The notes under the pieces were generated by a model, which saw only the letters and a list, made by a program, of their open reading frames with translations, made no database searches and was not told the DNA's origin. A program made the translations under genes and the position numbers. From positions 3,368,750-3,432,749 of the forward strand of contig JBNJNM010000021.1 of the NCBI GenBank assembly GCA_052426225.1: a stretch of DNA of 64,000 nucleotides, read 5' to 3'. Position 1 is the first letter of the stretch; each line of letters opens with the position of its first letter. The stretch is from Zancudomyces culisetae HAW-14-8 (Eukaryota; Fungi; Kickxellomycota). Below are positions 25,937-39,314 of the stretch, piece after piece.

Positions 25937-26539
25937 TCTTTAATACACCTTTTAACTAATAATAAATCACCTTAGAGTCAAGTTTAGTAGACGGTAATAT
26001 CATTTTTCTAGCCTTAAAAAGCTGAGATTAATTAAAGTATCCAATCTTTGCATAAATAAATTACAATATTCTACTTTAAAGCGAAACCAAAATGATCCAT
26101 AACTTTTAGTATTTACGTATATTTTAGTTGATAGTATAATTTAATGTCACAACAAGTACACAAATATTAAAAAGATAGTAGGTAAAAAATTTCTTAAAAC
26201 ATAATATGAAAAGTCTGTTTCCACAAGTCTAGAGACAGCATACTCACTGGTAATTGATCAGATGATGTATTTTCTGCCTTAGGTAGATCAAAGGCAATTA
26301 CCTTAATAAACTATGTGTACTTTACCAATGGTAATATTACTAATTTAATAAACGGAATAAATTGAATACTGGTAATTTAATTGCTATCTAGTAGTTAATT
26401 CTGAATTTATAATCGATTCATGCAGCTATATATGTATCTTCATGTATGTTGTATTATACAATTTATTTAAATAATATATAAAGACCGTTAGAATTAGTTA
26501 AAGTAAATACAAATACTAATAAAGTTTTAGACTGGCAAT

Positions 26540-26956
26540 TTAGTAGTAGTATCCACCGTAGTATGGGTAGTTGTAACCGTAACCGTAACCGTAACCATAC
26601 GATGGATATCCGTAGTATCCGCCGTAGTATGGGTATCCATAGTATCCGTACCACCAACGGTCATCGGTTCCATTTCCTGCATCACCACCTTCTACTGAAG
26701 GATCAACAATTTGAGCAGAATCATCGTCAGCTGGTGCAACTTCCTCCTCCTCGTCAGCACGCTTGCGGTAGGCTGGAGCGGCAAAGCGGTTGTTAAATGC
26801 AGGGCGAGATGGTGGAGCATATCTTCCAAAGTCCTGGACCTGTCCCATTGGTGGTTGCATAGGTCCGACATTTGCTCTTGGTCTTGGAGCGGATGCAGCA
26901 TTTACTGATACTGTGGCAACTGCGGCTGTGAGGAGTGCGAGTGTTGACTTTACCAT
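26540..26956 (-). CDS. Secreted preproprotein with a C-terminal Gly/Tyr-rich peptide
   Basis: Signal peptide, RKR site, acidic spacer, then DDR-WWYGYYGYPYYGG...YYY; TATA box upstream. Confidence 0.85.
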   Translation of the reverse strand: MVKSTLALLTAAVATVSVNAASAPRPRANVGPMQPPMGQVQDFGRYAPPSRPAFNNRFAAPAYRKRADEEEEVAPADDDSAQIVDPSVEGGDAGNGTDDRWWYGYYGYPYYGGYYGYPSYGYGYGYGYNYPYYGGYYY

Positions 26957-28239
26957 TTTTGATATTTAGTTTAAAATGAGCGTTATGTGTAGCTGATTGC
27001 TAATGCAATATTTTAATACAAATGATTATGATTATGCTTAAAATTGTCACTTGAAGAATATTCAATTGTTGATGATTTTTTATTTTGGCAGTGATATCTT
27101 GACCCATTTTATACTTTTTCTATTCTCATTTTTAATCTACTTTACTCTTTAATCGCAATTCACGGATTTCCTATATTATCTTTAAAGAATTCCAGAATAG
27201 TCTAATTTTAGAACCGTAAAGAGTATTGGTAATGAATATAGGGCTAAATTTGAATGTATGTGTAATTTTAAAGAATCAGGTTAGTAATTTACCATAACCG
27301 TAACTCTAATATTTTAAAAAATTGTTATTTTATAGTAAGTGTTAAAGCACAAAGAGCAAACAATATTAATTTGTGTTCGATAATTGTGTTTACTTGATTT
27401 ATGGTAAAGTAAAACGCGAGCTTAACAAATACGCTAGAGGTATTTTGTAATTCTTACATAACACAAAACAAAGTCTTTATTTTATTTGAATTTGACTTTT
27501 GAATAACAAATACCAAAGTATAACCATACCCGTGCTACAACCAGTTATGGATTATTGGTAATTTAATTCATCCTAATGATATTTAACCAGAGCAAATAAT
27601 TATCGATTTAATGGTGATTTAGTGAAAAAAATAAATTGAACTAAAAATAGTATTTATAGTCAATCTATTCTTAGAAATTGTTTAAAATTATCTAAACCAA
27701 ATAGAGTAGACCCGATCCTATTATATCGATAATTTTAATATGTCTTTACTTTCACCCTTCTTTTTAATAGTGAGAAATAATTGTTGTAGACGGAAAATAA
27801 TAAAAATACTATTATTAACATAATGTAAATGACCATAAGATCGCCCCTTCCCAATGATTACAAATTGTCTAAAATAAGTAAAATAGTGAGAATGAAGCAG
27901 CGTTTCAAATTTTATCATACTAGGTAAGCATATTTACTTTTTTAGATTGCACTAGTGAATCTTGGTGTTCTAATGGCACAAATAAACATTATTATACAGC
28001 TAAACAAAATGTATCAAAGTTTGTGTATGGTTTTATTGTTTGGTAGTTTAACTTAGATGGAAAATAGAATCTAATTAACATCACATGTTTTCAACATGTT
28101 GATTAAAAAATCGAACCAAAAAGACAGCAATAGATAAAAAGAATTTAGTATATTTATCAAGATAAAGAAAAATAAAACATAGCTACAGCACGTTTTTAGA
28201 GGGTACAATTTATAAATATTGTATAAATAATGTAAAAAA

Positions 28240-28960
28240 CTATAAGACCTGTTGAGCGAGAACGGTCTGATACCCGCATGTTGTCAGGCTTCTCATACGC
28301 AAAAAGGCTTGATCAGCAAGCTCTTTAAATGGGCCGTGTGACTCTCTGGAATCCACCTTCATATTGATGGTTCCAGAGCGATCACTGTCTGATGAATAAC
28401 GGCCTTCATCCTTGGCCTGCTGGATCCATGCTGTTTTCAGTTTATGCATAAGACCTGACATTTTGATTGAGATTTTAATATTTAAAGTTTTATAAGTTTA
28501 ACTAGCCGTAGCACTATTATCTTTTTTTTTTATAACTAAAACCAATACATTTTACTTTTAAAGTATTCTTTATTTCTTTTCCCTTACTCTTATAAAATTT
28601 TGAACTATTAAAAGAGCTAAGAAATCCTCATTGAGGCTTACTTTGTTTATATATAACTATTTAAATAAAACTACTATAGCTATATTTATTTAACGTATGT
28701 TTCAATATTGATTTACTGTGTTTTTGCCTGTGGTTATGGTGTTTGATTCTTTTTATGTTCTGTTTGTTTTTATATCAAACAATCGATATACTATTTAATA
28801 AAAAATATTTTTATTTGTATTTCAATTTTATTATTTTTCTGTGACTATTCGATCTGTATTTCATTGATAACTGTTATCATAATTTTTAAAATTTTTTTTG
28901 TTGAATATTAGTTTATTGAAATACTGTTAATTAAAATATTTATTTGTTTTAATTGTGCCC
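28240..28960 (-). repeat. Diverged copy of a subtelomeric repeat carrying the small ORF MSGLMHKLKTAWIQQ (28240-28461)
   Basis: The ORF and its upstream AAAAGAGCTAA block match 37557-38000 and 52471-53280. Confidence 0.75.
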
Positions 28961-29029
28961 AGCACGATCCGGGTACACTCATAAAGTACTTTCAAGCTCT
29001 TAAGTCTACAAAAATAATAAAAAAATAAG

Positions 29030-29660
29030 CTAATGAACTCTACCTTTGATAATTAGCCGAGATGCAACACAATAGTCCAGTCAAAGGGAAAACCAACAGC
29101 GCAACAGTATGACATTTATATATTATTTGCTCAAGAGGTAGTTGCCATTATATCATAGTAATATACTAATACCCGTAATATAAATAACTTTTAATAATAG
29201 CTACCAACACTACAAACAAACGCTAATACGAATCGATCTGGGAACCGTCATACAAATGCATTTGATTTATCAGGATTTGGAAACCTAAATTCCCGAAATA
29301 CAAACAACAATAGTAGTTCTACCAGCAACAACAACGCTGGAGCAAGTACCTCGGTATCAAAATTGAACTCTGATACGCTGTTTCATCGACTAAAGCTTGA
29401 TTCTAGTTTAATAGACAAATCACCTCTTCCTCAAGAACCAGAAAACTCTTGGGATACTAACCCATCAAAACTTGCAGATTTATTTACTAAACGCAAAGAG
29501 TTTATGGTTTTGCAGGCACGAAAGTAAGAAACTACATTCTAGTGGTGTTTTCTATTCAATACGAGTGTTTTTCAATGTTTTTTTACACACTATTTTTACA
29601 AATAGAAAATTCCTGAAAGACAAAGGCAGCTTACTGAAAAGGCACAATAGACTAGGATAA
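29030..29660 (+). pseudogene. 5'-truncated Cue1/AUP1-like gene fragment (CUE remnant plus Ubc7/G2-binding-type C-terminus)
   Basis: Reads EPENSWDTNPSKLADLFTKRKEFMVLQAR across intron 29524-29605 (GTAAG...TAG) into KKFLKDK. The upstream part is broken. Confidence 0.55.
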
Positions 29661-31093
29661 TTTTTTTGGCGCCATTATGGTATTATGAATAGCTTACCCT
29701 GATATTAATATATAACTTTTTAATAATATCCCACAGAAAACAGACAGAAAACAGACAGAAAAGCGCAGATTATTAGAAAAATTTATTAAAAACCTGTGGT
29801 GCTACTTTACTACCTATAATTCAGTTATAAAAAATGAATAATGTGTCTAAATGCTTATCTATTCTTCACCATTCGCTCATATGTATCCTCAAAAGGTGAT
29901 AAAATTTATATTTTCCGCTAAGCCTCGTACTTATAAAGAAAAGTAGCACATCTTCATAATGCTTGCTTGTAATTTTTTAAACAAATTTATTTACTTTATG
30001 TACTGATAATATTATCAAGTGTTATGGCTAGGTTTATTATAGTTCTATCTAGTCTAAAATGTATTTACTAAAAGTGTCCTTGTTGAATGTAGTTCACTTT
30101 ACAAATAATCACCTGGTAACTCTCACCGTCGTAACTAGGCGCAGTACTGGATAACGTTCAAGAGTTATTCTTCAAGTTACGATTAGTTTTCTTTATTTTT
30201 TAATGCTCAAACCTTAATCTATTCAAAATATTAAGATTATTATTATTATATGATAATATTGTAAAGTGTCTTTCTTATTTTTATTTTTTTTCTCGGTCTG
30301 TTTGAAAACGAAGGGTAATTTAACCCTTGTAAAAGTTGGGGTCCGGTTTCATATAAATTAAATGACTTAATCGACTCGATTCTGAAAAAGCCTGACGCCC
30401 GTTTCAAACTCACCCCGGCAGGTTTACATTTGAATTTGAGATAACCCCTAATCACATTACGCGACTACAAAATCTAGATTCCTGAATTAATTAACGATAA
30501 CCATATTTGTACTTGTATAAAATGAAGATATTAAATTCGCTAGAAATTAGTGAGCTGACATATTATCTCATAGGTTACCTCACATGATTGATAAAAATGT
30601 ACAAAAGCCTTATATTTATATTCTGGGCAGACCTCTGGAAGTGCAAATAAGCATAAGTCGGATCTGCTTTAATTTAAAAGACAAATGCTTTATTTAAACG
30701 TTTTTGTTTTGCAAACTAATTAAACTGTAACCTAGAGTTTAAGTCCACTGTAATTAATTAATTAATTTTTAGTATATTAAACACCGAAAATTGTAAGTCG
30801 AGGCTAGCGTTCAAAATTAAATTTAGCGTATTGGTTATCATTTTTGAATTTAGAAAAGTATATTAACTTGTAGCTCAAAGTTTACATTCTAGAAACGTGT
30901 AGGTATAATGCAACAATAAGCCCATTACAATATTATACAAAGTGAAGTGGCGTTTTGTATAAGTAAGATATTTCATGAGAAATAAAAGTATAAAAGGGGT
31001 TACAATTCCCTTCAAGTTGTAGAATACATATCACGAGTAGAATAAACAATTCACTTATTAGACGAAAAAATCTTTCAAAAGTTAATCAAAAAA

Positions 31094-31504
31094 ATGAAGT
31101 TCTCCGTATTCAGCATGATGTGCTTGAGCCTGGGTATGACCAGTGCATACAGCATCGCAGATTCAAATCAAGCTGCCAAAAACAAACAAGCAGACAACAG
31201 TCCCAACCGCCTTTGCGGTTGTCATCATCAAAAAAAAATGAAGCTTGAGATTTTCAGTAAAACCCATTATCAAGGGAAAAGTCAAATCAAACATTTGAAA
31301 CCAGGTCGCTGCTATAACATTCCAAGTACCGGAAGTGCAAAAATGGACGATGGTAAACCAGGAAGTGGAGATATTACGTTTTGTGTAGAGGCAGACTGTC
31401 AAGGGCACTGCTTTACCGCATCTAGAAGCATTCTACTTTATCCAGATAATATCCCAGGAATTGATCTTGGTGCTTATGCAAAATCAGTAGGATGGACTCT
31501 CTAG
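31094..31504 (+). CDS. Secreted crystallin-like paralog 4
   Basis: Signal peptide; LEIFSKTHYQG...RCYN...S...CVEADCQGHC...SVGW. Confidence 0.85.
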   Translation: MKFSVFSMMCLSLGMTSAYSIADSNQAAKNKQADNSPNRLCGCHHQKKMKLEIFSKTHYQGKSQIKHLKPGRCYNIPSTGSAKMDDGKPGSGDITFCVEADCQGHCFTASRSILLYPDNIPGIDLGAYAKSVGWTL

Positions 31505-31836
31505 TGGGTATTTTAGAACTATTTGAAAAGGTTTTACTAGTTAGTATATAGAAGTTTCAATACCTAAACTGGATTTGACACTTGCTCTATAGATATTTAT
31601 TAATTTAAATATTGCAAGTGGAAATAAACTATTTTACTGCTATAAGTTCAAATGTACAAGCTGGTGCTTTAAATAATCTATATATATCAAAGTTTTTTTA
31701 ATTCTGACTTTTCTAGTATGCCGATCTTATTAAAGATAATCTACATATATGGGGAATAAAAGTTTGCATTTTAACCAAATAATTAATCAAGAGATTGAAC
31801 TTGAAAGCATTAATTGGATTAAATCATGTTATTAGT

Positions 31837-32276
31837 TGTTATGAATACACTTGTATCACAACAGTATTGTATATTAAAAACATAAAAATTAATGTTTATT
31901 AATGATAATCTTGTATATCATTAATATTATTTAATTATAAGTTTATATATTTAATTATTATTATATTTTTAGTTTTAAACATTTTATAGTGCATATTAAT
32001 GATGTTCGCTTAATAGTATATTATAATTGGTTTTATTACTAGTTTAAGTTTTATATTAATATTTATAACAAACTTAATTGTATAAAAGGTGATTCATTTC
32101 CTTTCATGAACAATTAAGTTTGTCAATCTCGTTTAACAATAATAAAGATATTATTAACAAATATTATATTATTACTGTGTGTTTTAAACTAGTATAATTA
32201 ATAATAACTTTTATAAATTAACTGTGTGTTAATTTGTTAATACCATCATTATTGTGTATAATATTGGTATCTAACA
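31837..32276 (+). mobile_element. Solo LTR (family C)
   Basis: TGTTA...TAACA ends; similar to 51317-51796 and, inverted, to 32510-32956. Confidence 0.75.
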
Positions 32277-32509
32277 CTGCTTGACCGTGCGAGAATGCGC
32301 ATTAAAGGGTATTCAGAACCCTTCCTTGATCACCTGGAGTACTCATTGGTGATCGGTAAGCTTCTTCCATGCCTCCTGGAAGAGCTTCAGTCAACCCCTT
32401 ACTTTCGGGGTCTGATGCTGCAACCACCCCGAAAATTATTCTTAGGAGTATTAAAATGGGGCTGCCACTGCCCATGAACCAGGTGTGGCTCTTGGAGCTG
32501 TGACTGCTG
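32277..32509 (-). mobile_element. DIRS-like RT N-terminal fragment
   Basis: Reads VRG*LKLFQEAWKKLTDHQ*VLQVIKEGF*IPF, matching the DIRS motif VGGRLxxFxxAWxxLTxxxWVLxxVxxGFxIPF. Confidence 0.7.
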
Positions 32510-32956
32510 TGTTAGATACCGAAATTATACTAAGTAAAGATATTATTAACAAATTAACACACAGTTAATTTATAAAAGCTATTATTAATAATTAGTATAA
32601 AACTCGCAGTAATACATGCAATAATATTTTTATTAACTTTATTGTCGTTAAACGTGATATACAAACAAATTTTACATGTAAAGGTATATTATCTCATTTT
32701 ATTCAATTAAGTTTGAAATAATTATTAATATATAATTTAAACTAAAAAACATATTTAATTTAAAAAATATTAATGTTGATTCGTTCATTATTGATTTTGA
32801 GTATCAATCTAATGTTTTAAACTGATACTTATTATTAAATAAATAATATAATCTTGTAATATAAAAATATTTGAAACACAAGTATATCATTAATATAAAT
32901 TAATTTTATTGTATTTAATATACAATATTGTTAAGATACATGTATATTCTAAAACA
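32510..32956 (-). mobile_element. Solo LTR (family C), inverted relative to 31837-32276
   Basis: Starts TGTTAGATACC, the reverse complement of GGTATCTAACA, and stays colinear in reverse for about 440 bp. Confidence 0.75.
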
Positions 32957-35577
32957 ATGGTGGTGGTGGTGGTCATGGCCTACATTTTTGGCGGGGCCAA
33001 AATATTCGCCTATACTTTTGCCTATCTAGTGCCTACACTTTCGATCGCGATGACGGTGGCAGTAAGGTCTGCATACTTTACGACGACGACATTGAGATCT
33101 ACAAATCCTGCATTATTGTTTGAAAGGTAGACGTTCTTTGGGGCTAGTTCACCTTTTTTTTTACATACCTTGTATTTGGCTAAGTTGGCCGTGTGGAGGT
33201 TAGTTTAACCTTTCATTTTTAATTATTTTAATTATTATTTTTAGTACACTACCATTATGTGAAAAAAGTTTTTTAAAGATTTCTATTTGGCTGGCTCCGC
33301 TATCTTGAGATTGAGCGGAAACTGAAAAGAGTGCAATAAGGCACAACTATTTGATTATAACCATCCTGTACTATTCTCTGGCTCTTTATTCCGTGTTAAT
33401 TTTGTTTGTATAACCGAGCTCCTACAACTGCGTGACTAGCTAACTAGAAAAAACACAACGAATTGCTGTTAGATCTTGGCTGCCAGTACCTCTAAGTTTT
33501 TTAATTTGTATTCCTGTGCCTGAAGTTTTATTATGACATATAACACTACCATATTTTATTACTGCTTCTTGCTTGTTAGCTATCTGAGAGTGCAAAAAAA
33601 TGATACTAAACTAAATCACGGTATTTTTGACATTTTTATATTTTTGTTAGATGGAATTTTAAATACATATTTTCTACAATATACAGCTCGCTTGTGGATA
33701 GTTGAGTTTAGTTGACCTTCTCTCTGATATTTACTTTTAACGTGAGTATTCCAGTTTTATTTTACTAATAAATAATTATTAAACTATGTACACTTTCTTT
33801 TATTTAACATTCTAGATCTTTTATAAACGTCATTTATGTTTATTAAAAGTTACAATCAAATATACATATTAAGAACTAGATCAAAAAAAAGTTAATTTAT
33901 CGCACTGACAGGGATTTTATTTTAGTTCTAGCTAAAGTCATTAATATATTAAAATTGAGCCCGATAAACTTAGCAAACCTGAACTTGATAATTTACTAGA
34001 GCCTAAAGAATATATTTGAATGTTAACTTTTATTAGAGGTAATGTGAGGTAGTAATCATCTAGATCAATCACAATATTTACGATACTACAGCTATTGGTT
34101 TGGTGGTTATTTATTGAAATGTATGATCTCACACTCTCGCACTATTTGTTCATAAAAAGGTCACCTTTAATTTTTTTTGATAGAAATGTATAGTAAAAGC
34201 GTATAGGTGTTGAGATTTTAGAGTTTCGGAGATCATGAAGTTGGGCTGAAAAGATTTGTAAATATAACATGCCCGAGACTTGCCCTAAAAATTCTCACAT
34301 TTTTTATGGCTTCATGAACGGAAGTTGACATATTTTTCCATATTTTTAAACAAGATTCTCGCTATCTTTATTGGGTAATATTCTTTTTGTTTTATTTAAT
34401 GCTTTACAAGTCAAGGACAACTATAATTTGATATTTTGTTTAGCTTTTAAATTCATAATAATATACTTTGATAAGTTGATAATAGTCCAGATTGTGCTAA
34501 TAACTTTTTAACAAGTCAAGAATAACATTAATAAATAGTTGAAAATATATTTTTATTCTCATACACCCAAGCTACAAAGTTGATGTAATAAGCCTTTAGC
34601 GTTTTTCAAAACTTTCAAGCATACAACACTTTTTCTAAACATTTTTTATAAACAGGTATTTATTTTTATCCTTGTAACATTTTGAATTAAAGCTAATATG
34701 TTACATCCATAATTTAAAACCATATTTTAGAATAATTACACTTTAAACATTACCAATTATACAAAAAAACTGTATCATTTATGAATGTATCGAAGGATAT
34801 GACTATTTTTAAAATCAATAAAAAGAGAATAAAGTAAGTGACTCTACATTTGGTAAACAAAAAACACTTTATAAATAGATAATTAAAATATGCCAAATAA
34901 AATAGTAGTTTAAAAAGTCATGAATAGATGCCATCAGAATATGTATCATTCTTATCATTGTAAAACTAAGTATCGCAGAAATATGATACTATAATTGTTT
35001 CTGATTATTTACGCAGTGATAATTGTTTAAACTTCATCAAATTAAACATATTAAACTTGATATATTAAATAGCTTTACAAAAATTGCACGGAAAATCACA
35101 TGTTAGTGAAAGAGATACATGTATTCTCGCACCGTTAGACAATTCTTTTAATTCTCAAATTATTCATATTACGGGTATTTACTTATATGACATAATTATG
35201 TGTCACATCTTTACCTCTTTAATTAGCACTGAAAACTATATTATAAGCTTGAGAAGATAAATGCTGAACATATTTATCAATCTATATTAAAAAATTCAGT
35301 GTGATAATATATGTCAGACGGAATCCTTACACCTTTTATGAATATACATTCTTTTAAACTGTAAAATCTACTGGCTGTTAAATAATGCCTGGTCATACCC
35401 GATTTGAAATTTATTCATAGTAAAACCACTTTTCAACTCTGCTCCAAACATTATCATTTAATGTTGACGAACTTCACTGCACATTTTTATTCATGGATTT
35501 TGGCTCTAATATTTAAAAGATTTTCTATCTCTAAATCAAATATCCATACATTAAAAATAGTCGAATATTGACTCTAA

Positions 35578-35985
35578 CTATGCTAGGAACCAAATCATAG
35601 AGTTTGCAGGTCCTCCAACATTGTCAGCTTCCACATCATATGGGTAAAGCCAGGCTTTTCTACTTATAGTTGTACACTTTCCACTACAGTCATTACTGTG
35701 GCATAGTGCAGCCCATCCGCGCCCTGGTTGTCCATCGTCAAATCGAAGTGATAGGGCACTTGGTAATGAGACACATCTGTTTGGTCTTATATTTAGGGTT
35801 TCACCTGGACTTTGGAGATTTTTCTCTTTGAACACTTCGACCTTCATTCTAGCACTGCGATTTCGACAAGAACAAAGTCTGTTTGGTCCAATTGGGTATC
35901 TATTGTGTTGGCGTAAAGACAAGTCACCCATGCTGTTTGCAAAGGTTAGTCCCAAAGCTGCAGTTCCGATTATAATGGTCTTCAT
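35578..35985 (-). CDS. Secreted crystallin-like paralog 5
   Basis: Signal peptide; PNRLCSC shared with paralog 4; VEVFKEKNLQS...RCVS...CHSNDCSGKC...SMIW. Confidence 0.85.
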   Translation of the reverse strand: MKTIIIGTAALGLTFANSMGDLSLRQHNRYPIGPNRLCSCRNRSARMKVEVFKEKNLQSPGETLNIRPNRCVSLPSALSLRFDDGQPGRGWAALCHSNDCSGKCTTISRKAWLYPYDVEADNVGGPANSMIWFLA

Positions 35986-37556
35986 TTTGTCAGTTAATAA
36001 GTTTAATCTGGTAGATATTTGAATTGTTATTCTTCTTAATTTTTAAAATATTCTCCAAACCAGATGGATTTATATACTTTTTTGTTTTGAACAAGTCTAG
36101 AGTATAAATCAAAGTATAATGTGTAGAGACGAGTGTTGTAAAAGTAAAGGTAAAAGCTATTTTGTTAATTTAGTCAAAATAAAAAATTACGATCTACTGC
36201 GTTTTAAAACAGTCATGCGTCTTTTGGCGAATGTTGAGAAATTACTAGTTGAAAAGGATGTAGTGCATATGATGCATAACTCCAAGTGTGTAAGTCGCTA
36301 TACGAATATCATATGACTAGATTATCAATTCTAATATATTTATTGTACTTTATGATATGCTAACCTGTTAGGTTTTAAGAGCTATCATATTGAAAAAATA
36401 GTAACAAATCGTTTATGACATGTAGTTAGTTAGCACTTAGTGGAGATCAAACTTTGAGAATTGATTAACAGATTGCTGTGCAGCTCAATTTATGTAAAAA
36501 ACATTGCCGTACATATTTGAACTATTTGAGGGGGTTTCGAAAAAAATAGTAATAAACATCCTCTTTAGCTAAAGTAGCACACACTCCAGAACAAAAAATT
36601 CAATACAAAAAACACTAGCACAATAGTTGTGTAAAGTTGCATTATAAGCTACCATTCATTCATTTTTAGTTTTTTTGATCAACCAAATTTATAAGCTTAT
36701 TGTAGCTAAGTGAAGTAGGCTAGACGTAAATTATACAAATTCATGATATCCATTCAAAATAAATATAGTCAGGCTATAGTTGTAGCATAAAATAGAATAG
36801 CTGTGATAATGATAGAATGAGGAAAATTAAAGTAATGCTATGAAAAATAGTGAAAATGATGTCATGGAACTAATGTACATTCAATCATCAATCATCAATT
36901 CTTTTTTTTTGGTTTGAATATTTGAATATTTATTTACACTCAATAACACACTTATAACTTTAATACAAATTAAAGATGTGTTTTTATGCCAAGTCAATAA
37001 TTCTCAGTTATGCTTATTGTAGTATATAGCAACAAAGCTTTTTGTAAATATTTGTATTAGACTATACTAGAATTGTAAACTGCTATACTTCTTTTGGCAA
37101 GTAAATCGTAATTAAAAACCTAAACTAAATATACTAAAGTACACGCATATCAGTAATATTCAATAAACCTGTTAAGAAAAGTACACTCTAAATTGATGAA
37201 TATTTTAAGCAGGAATTTGGCATTTCACAAAGCCTGAATCAAATATGCTTCAACTATAGTTCAAAAGTATGTACAGAATATTCCACAAAAGTTGGCTGTT
37301 GAACAATAACATAAAATTAGAACACCAACAGAATATGATATAGATATTTCACGCATTAATTGGGGGAAGGAATAGATATCTTGATAACCAAAATCATATC
37401 ACAAAATTTCAAGAATTATAGCTTTTAGGATTTCATTCCTTTTAGGCAGTTAAATTGGACTAAGATATATTTTTTTAGGGCAAGGAATAAAGGTGAGTGT
37501 ATATTTTACTATGCGGATAGTTATTTCGTAACGTAGCCTTTGTCGTGTGTATTCTG

Positions 37557-37775
37557 TCAGACAAAACCGGGCGGGTCACGTTCCTTGGTCGGGTTTCTCA
37601 TGCTACGGAACTGTTGTTGCGCATGCTCTTGAACAAAAGCAAATGGATCATGTGACTCGGTATGATCCAACTCCATAGAGGTGGCTCCGGAACGGTCGCT
37701 GTCCGGAGAGTAACGACCCTCATCCTTGAACTGTTAGATGATGGCTGCACGTAGTTGCTGCATGAGACCTGACTT
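37557..37775 (-). pseudogene. Inactivated copy of the small ORF at 52471-52797
   Basis: Near-identical DNA with ATG changed to AAG and an internal CAA changed to TAA. Confidence 0.75.
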
Positions 37776-38720
37776 GAGATTTTTGTAATTTAAACTTTTA
37801 CCATTTACTATTTACTATTTTAAACTTTTAGACGAAGCACAATTATTATTATTTTGACTTTTAAATAAAGTTGTACTAAACAAAATTCTTCTTGTTCATT
37901 GCCTTTATTACCACATAAACTATTGCGTTTTAAACTACTAAAAGAGCTAAAGAAACACAACATGAGTTATTTTAACATTATATATAATATTTATTAAATT
38001 ATAATAAATGCCTATTTCGGATACGCTTAATTTGGTTAATCGCTAACTTATTTCTTCATCCATAATTGGTTGCATTTTTTATACTCGTGTTGTTACACTT
38101 ATGATGATTGATACATACTAATATTAATAAATTCTTTATATGGTATTATTTCAATTATGATTTTTCTCTTGAAATTTTGATCATAATATTCCGACATTTT
38201 GTGATCATAAATTAATTCATATTTTTGCATGTTAAAATAATTTATAAATAAATTCTTTATTTGCCGGTTTTATACAGCGAGTCTCAAACTGTTTCAATGT
38301 TTGGTAAAAAAGATTCTATTGTAAATTTTCCACCAATATTATACATAGATTCTTAGTTTTTACATAAATAATTATATAATAGTAGCACATTTACAACAAT
38401 TAATTTTATTTTGATTTGCTAAAAAACTAGCGAGAAAATTAAATTATATAAATTAAACATTGAAACGGTTGAAAGACTTTTAAAATTACAATTTAAATAT
38501 TTTTTAAATTTAAAATTAATTTTAAATCTTATAAAACTTGATACACTTATATTATTAAATTATATAAATACAATCCTAAAATAATATTATGAAAAAGTTA
38601 TCTAGCCGTAAAATAGCGATATCTAAAATGCTCAACTTGAAGGCAAAAGTTATAGCAATATCTCAATATCATGTGGATCAGCAAGTCAACAATTTCAAGA
38701 ATTATAGCTAATATGAGGAA

Positions 38721-39314
38721 TGTTAGGAATTGTTTAAAAATAAATTAAATAAATTCATGTTTATTATAATTCTCCATGACCAAATCAAGAAGGTTACAAA
38801 ATGAAATTGTAACCATATACAAATTACTATAATGTAACTAAGTACAAATTAATTAAATGTAATTAAGTACAAATTAATTAAATGTAAATAAGTACAAATT
38901 ATTAAATTAATCTAACCAAGTCAAGTAAAAAATGAATTTCGCGATGAAATTTGTTATAATAATATTCACAGACCATTTTAGGAAATAAGAAACCTAGAAA
39001 GAATTCCGAAACTAATAATTCAAAGAATCGTCAGAATAACATGAATGACGCAATCATTGACACACTAAACTCACGGTAGTTAATCACAACAGTTACTCAT
39101 AAGTTTAATAGTCAAATTTATAGTTTGATAGCAACTTTACTTAAGAAAATTTTATATAAAAAAAAATCTCTGGAGTAAAAGTATAAAAACCCTTTAGAAA
39201 TTCATCGAAAGAGAACTTCAGAGAAAAATATCTTAATCACTATTGAATATCATATTTTTCTAAATAATATAATAGTAATAAATAATTTAATCTTAAAATA
39301 TTCAAGTCTTAACA
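38721..39314. mobile_element. Probable solo LTR
   Basis: TGTTA...TAACA ends; Tc1 sequence resumes immediately after; no matching TSD. Confidence 0.45.

Noticed and set aside
32957-33215. Minus-strand Arg/Cys/Pro-rich coding-like relic (CRICRSQCRRRKVCRPYCHRH)
   Set aside because: Multiple stops, no clear start or signal peptide, and no recognisable family.
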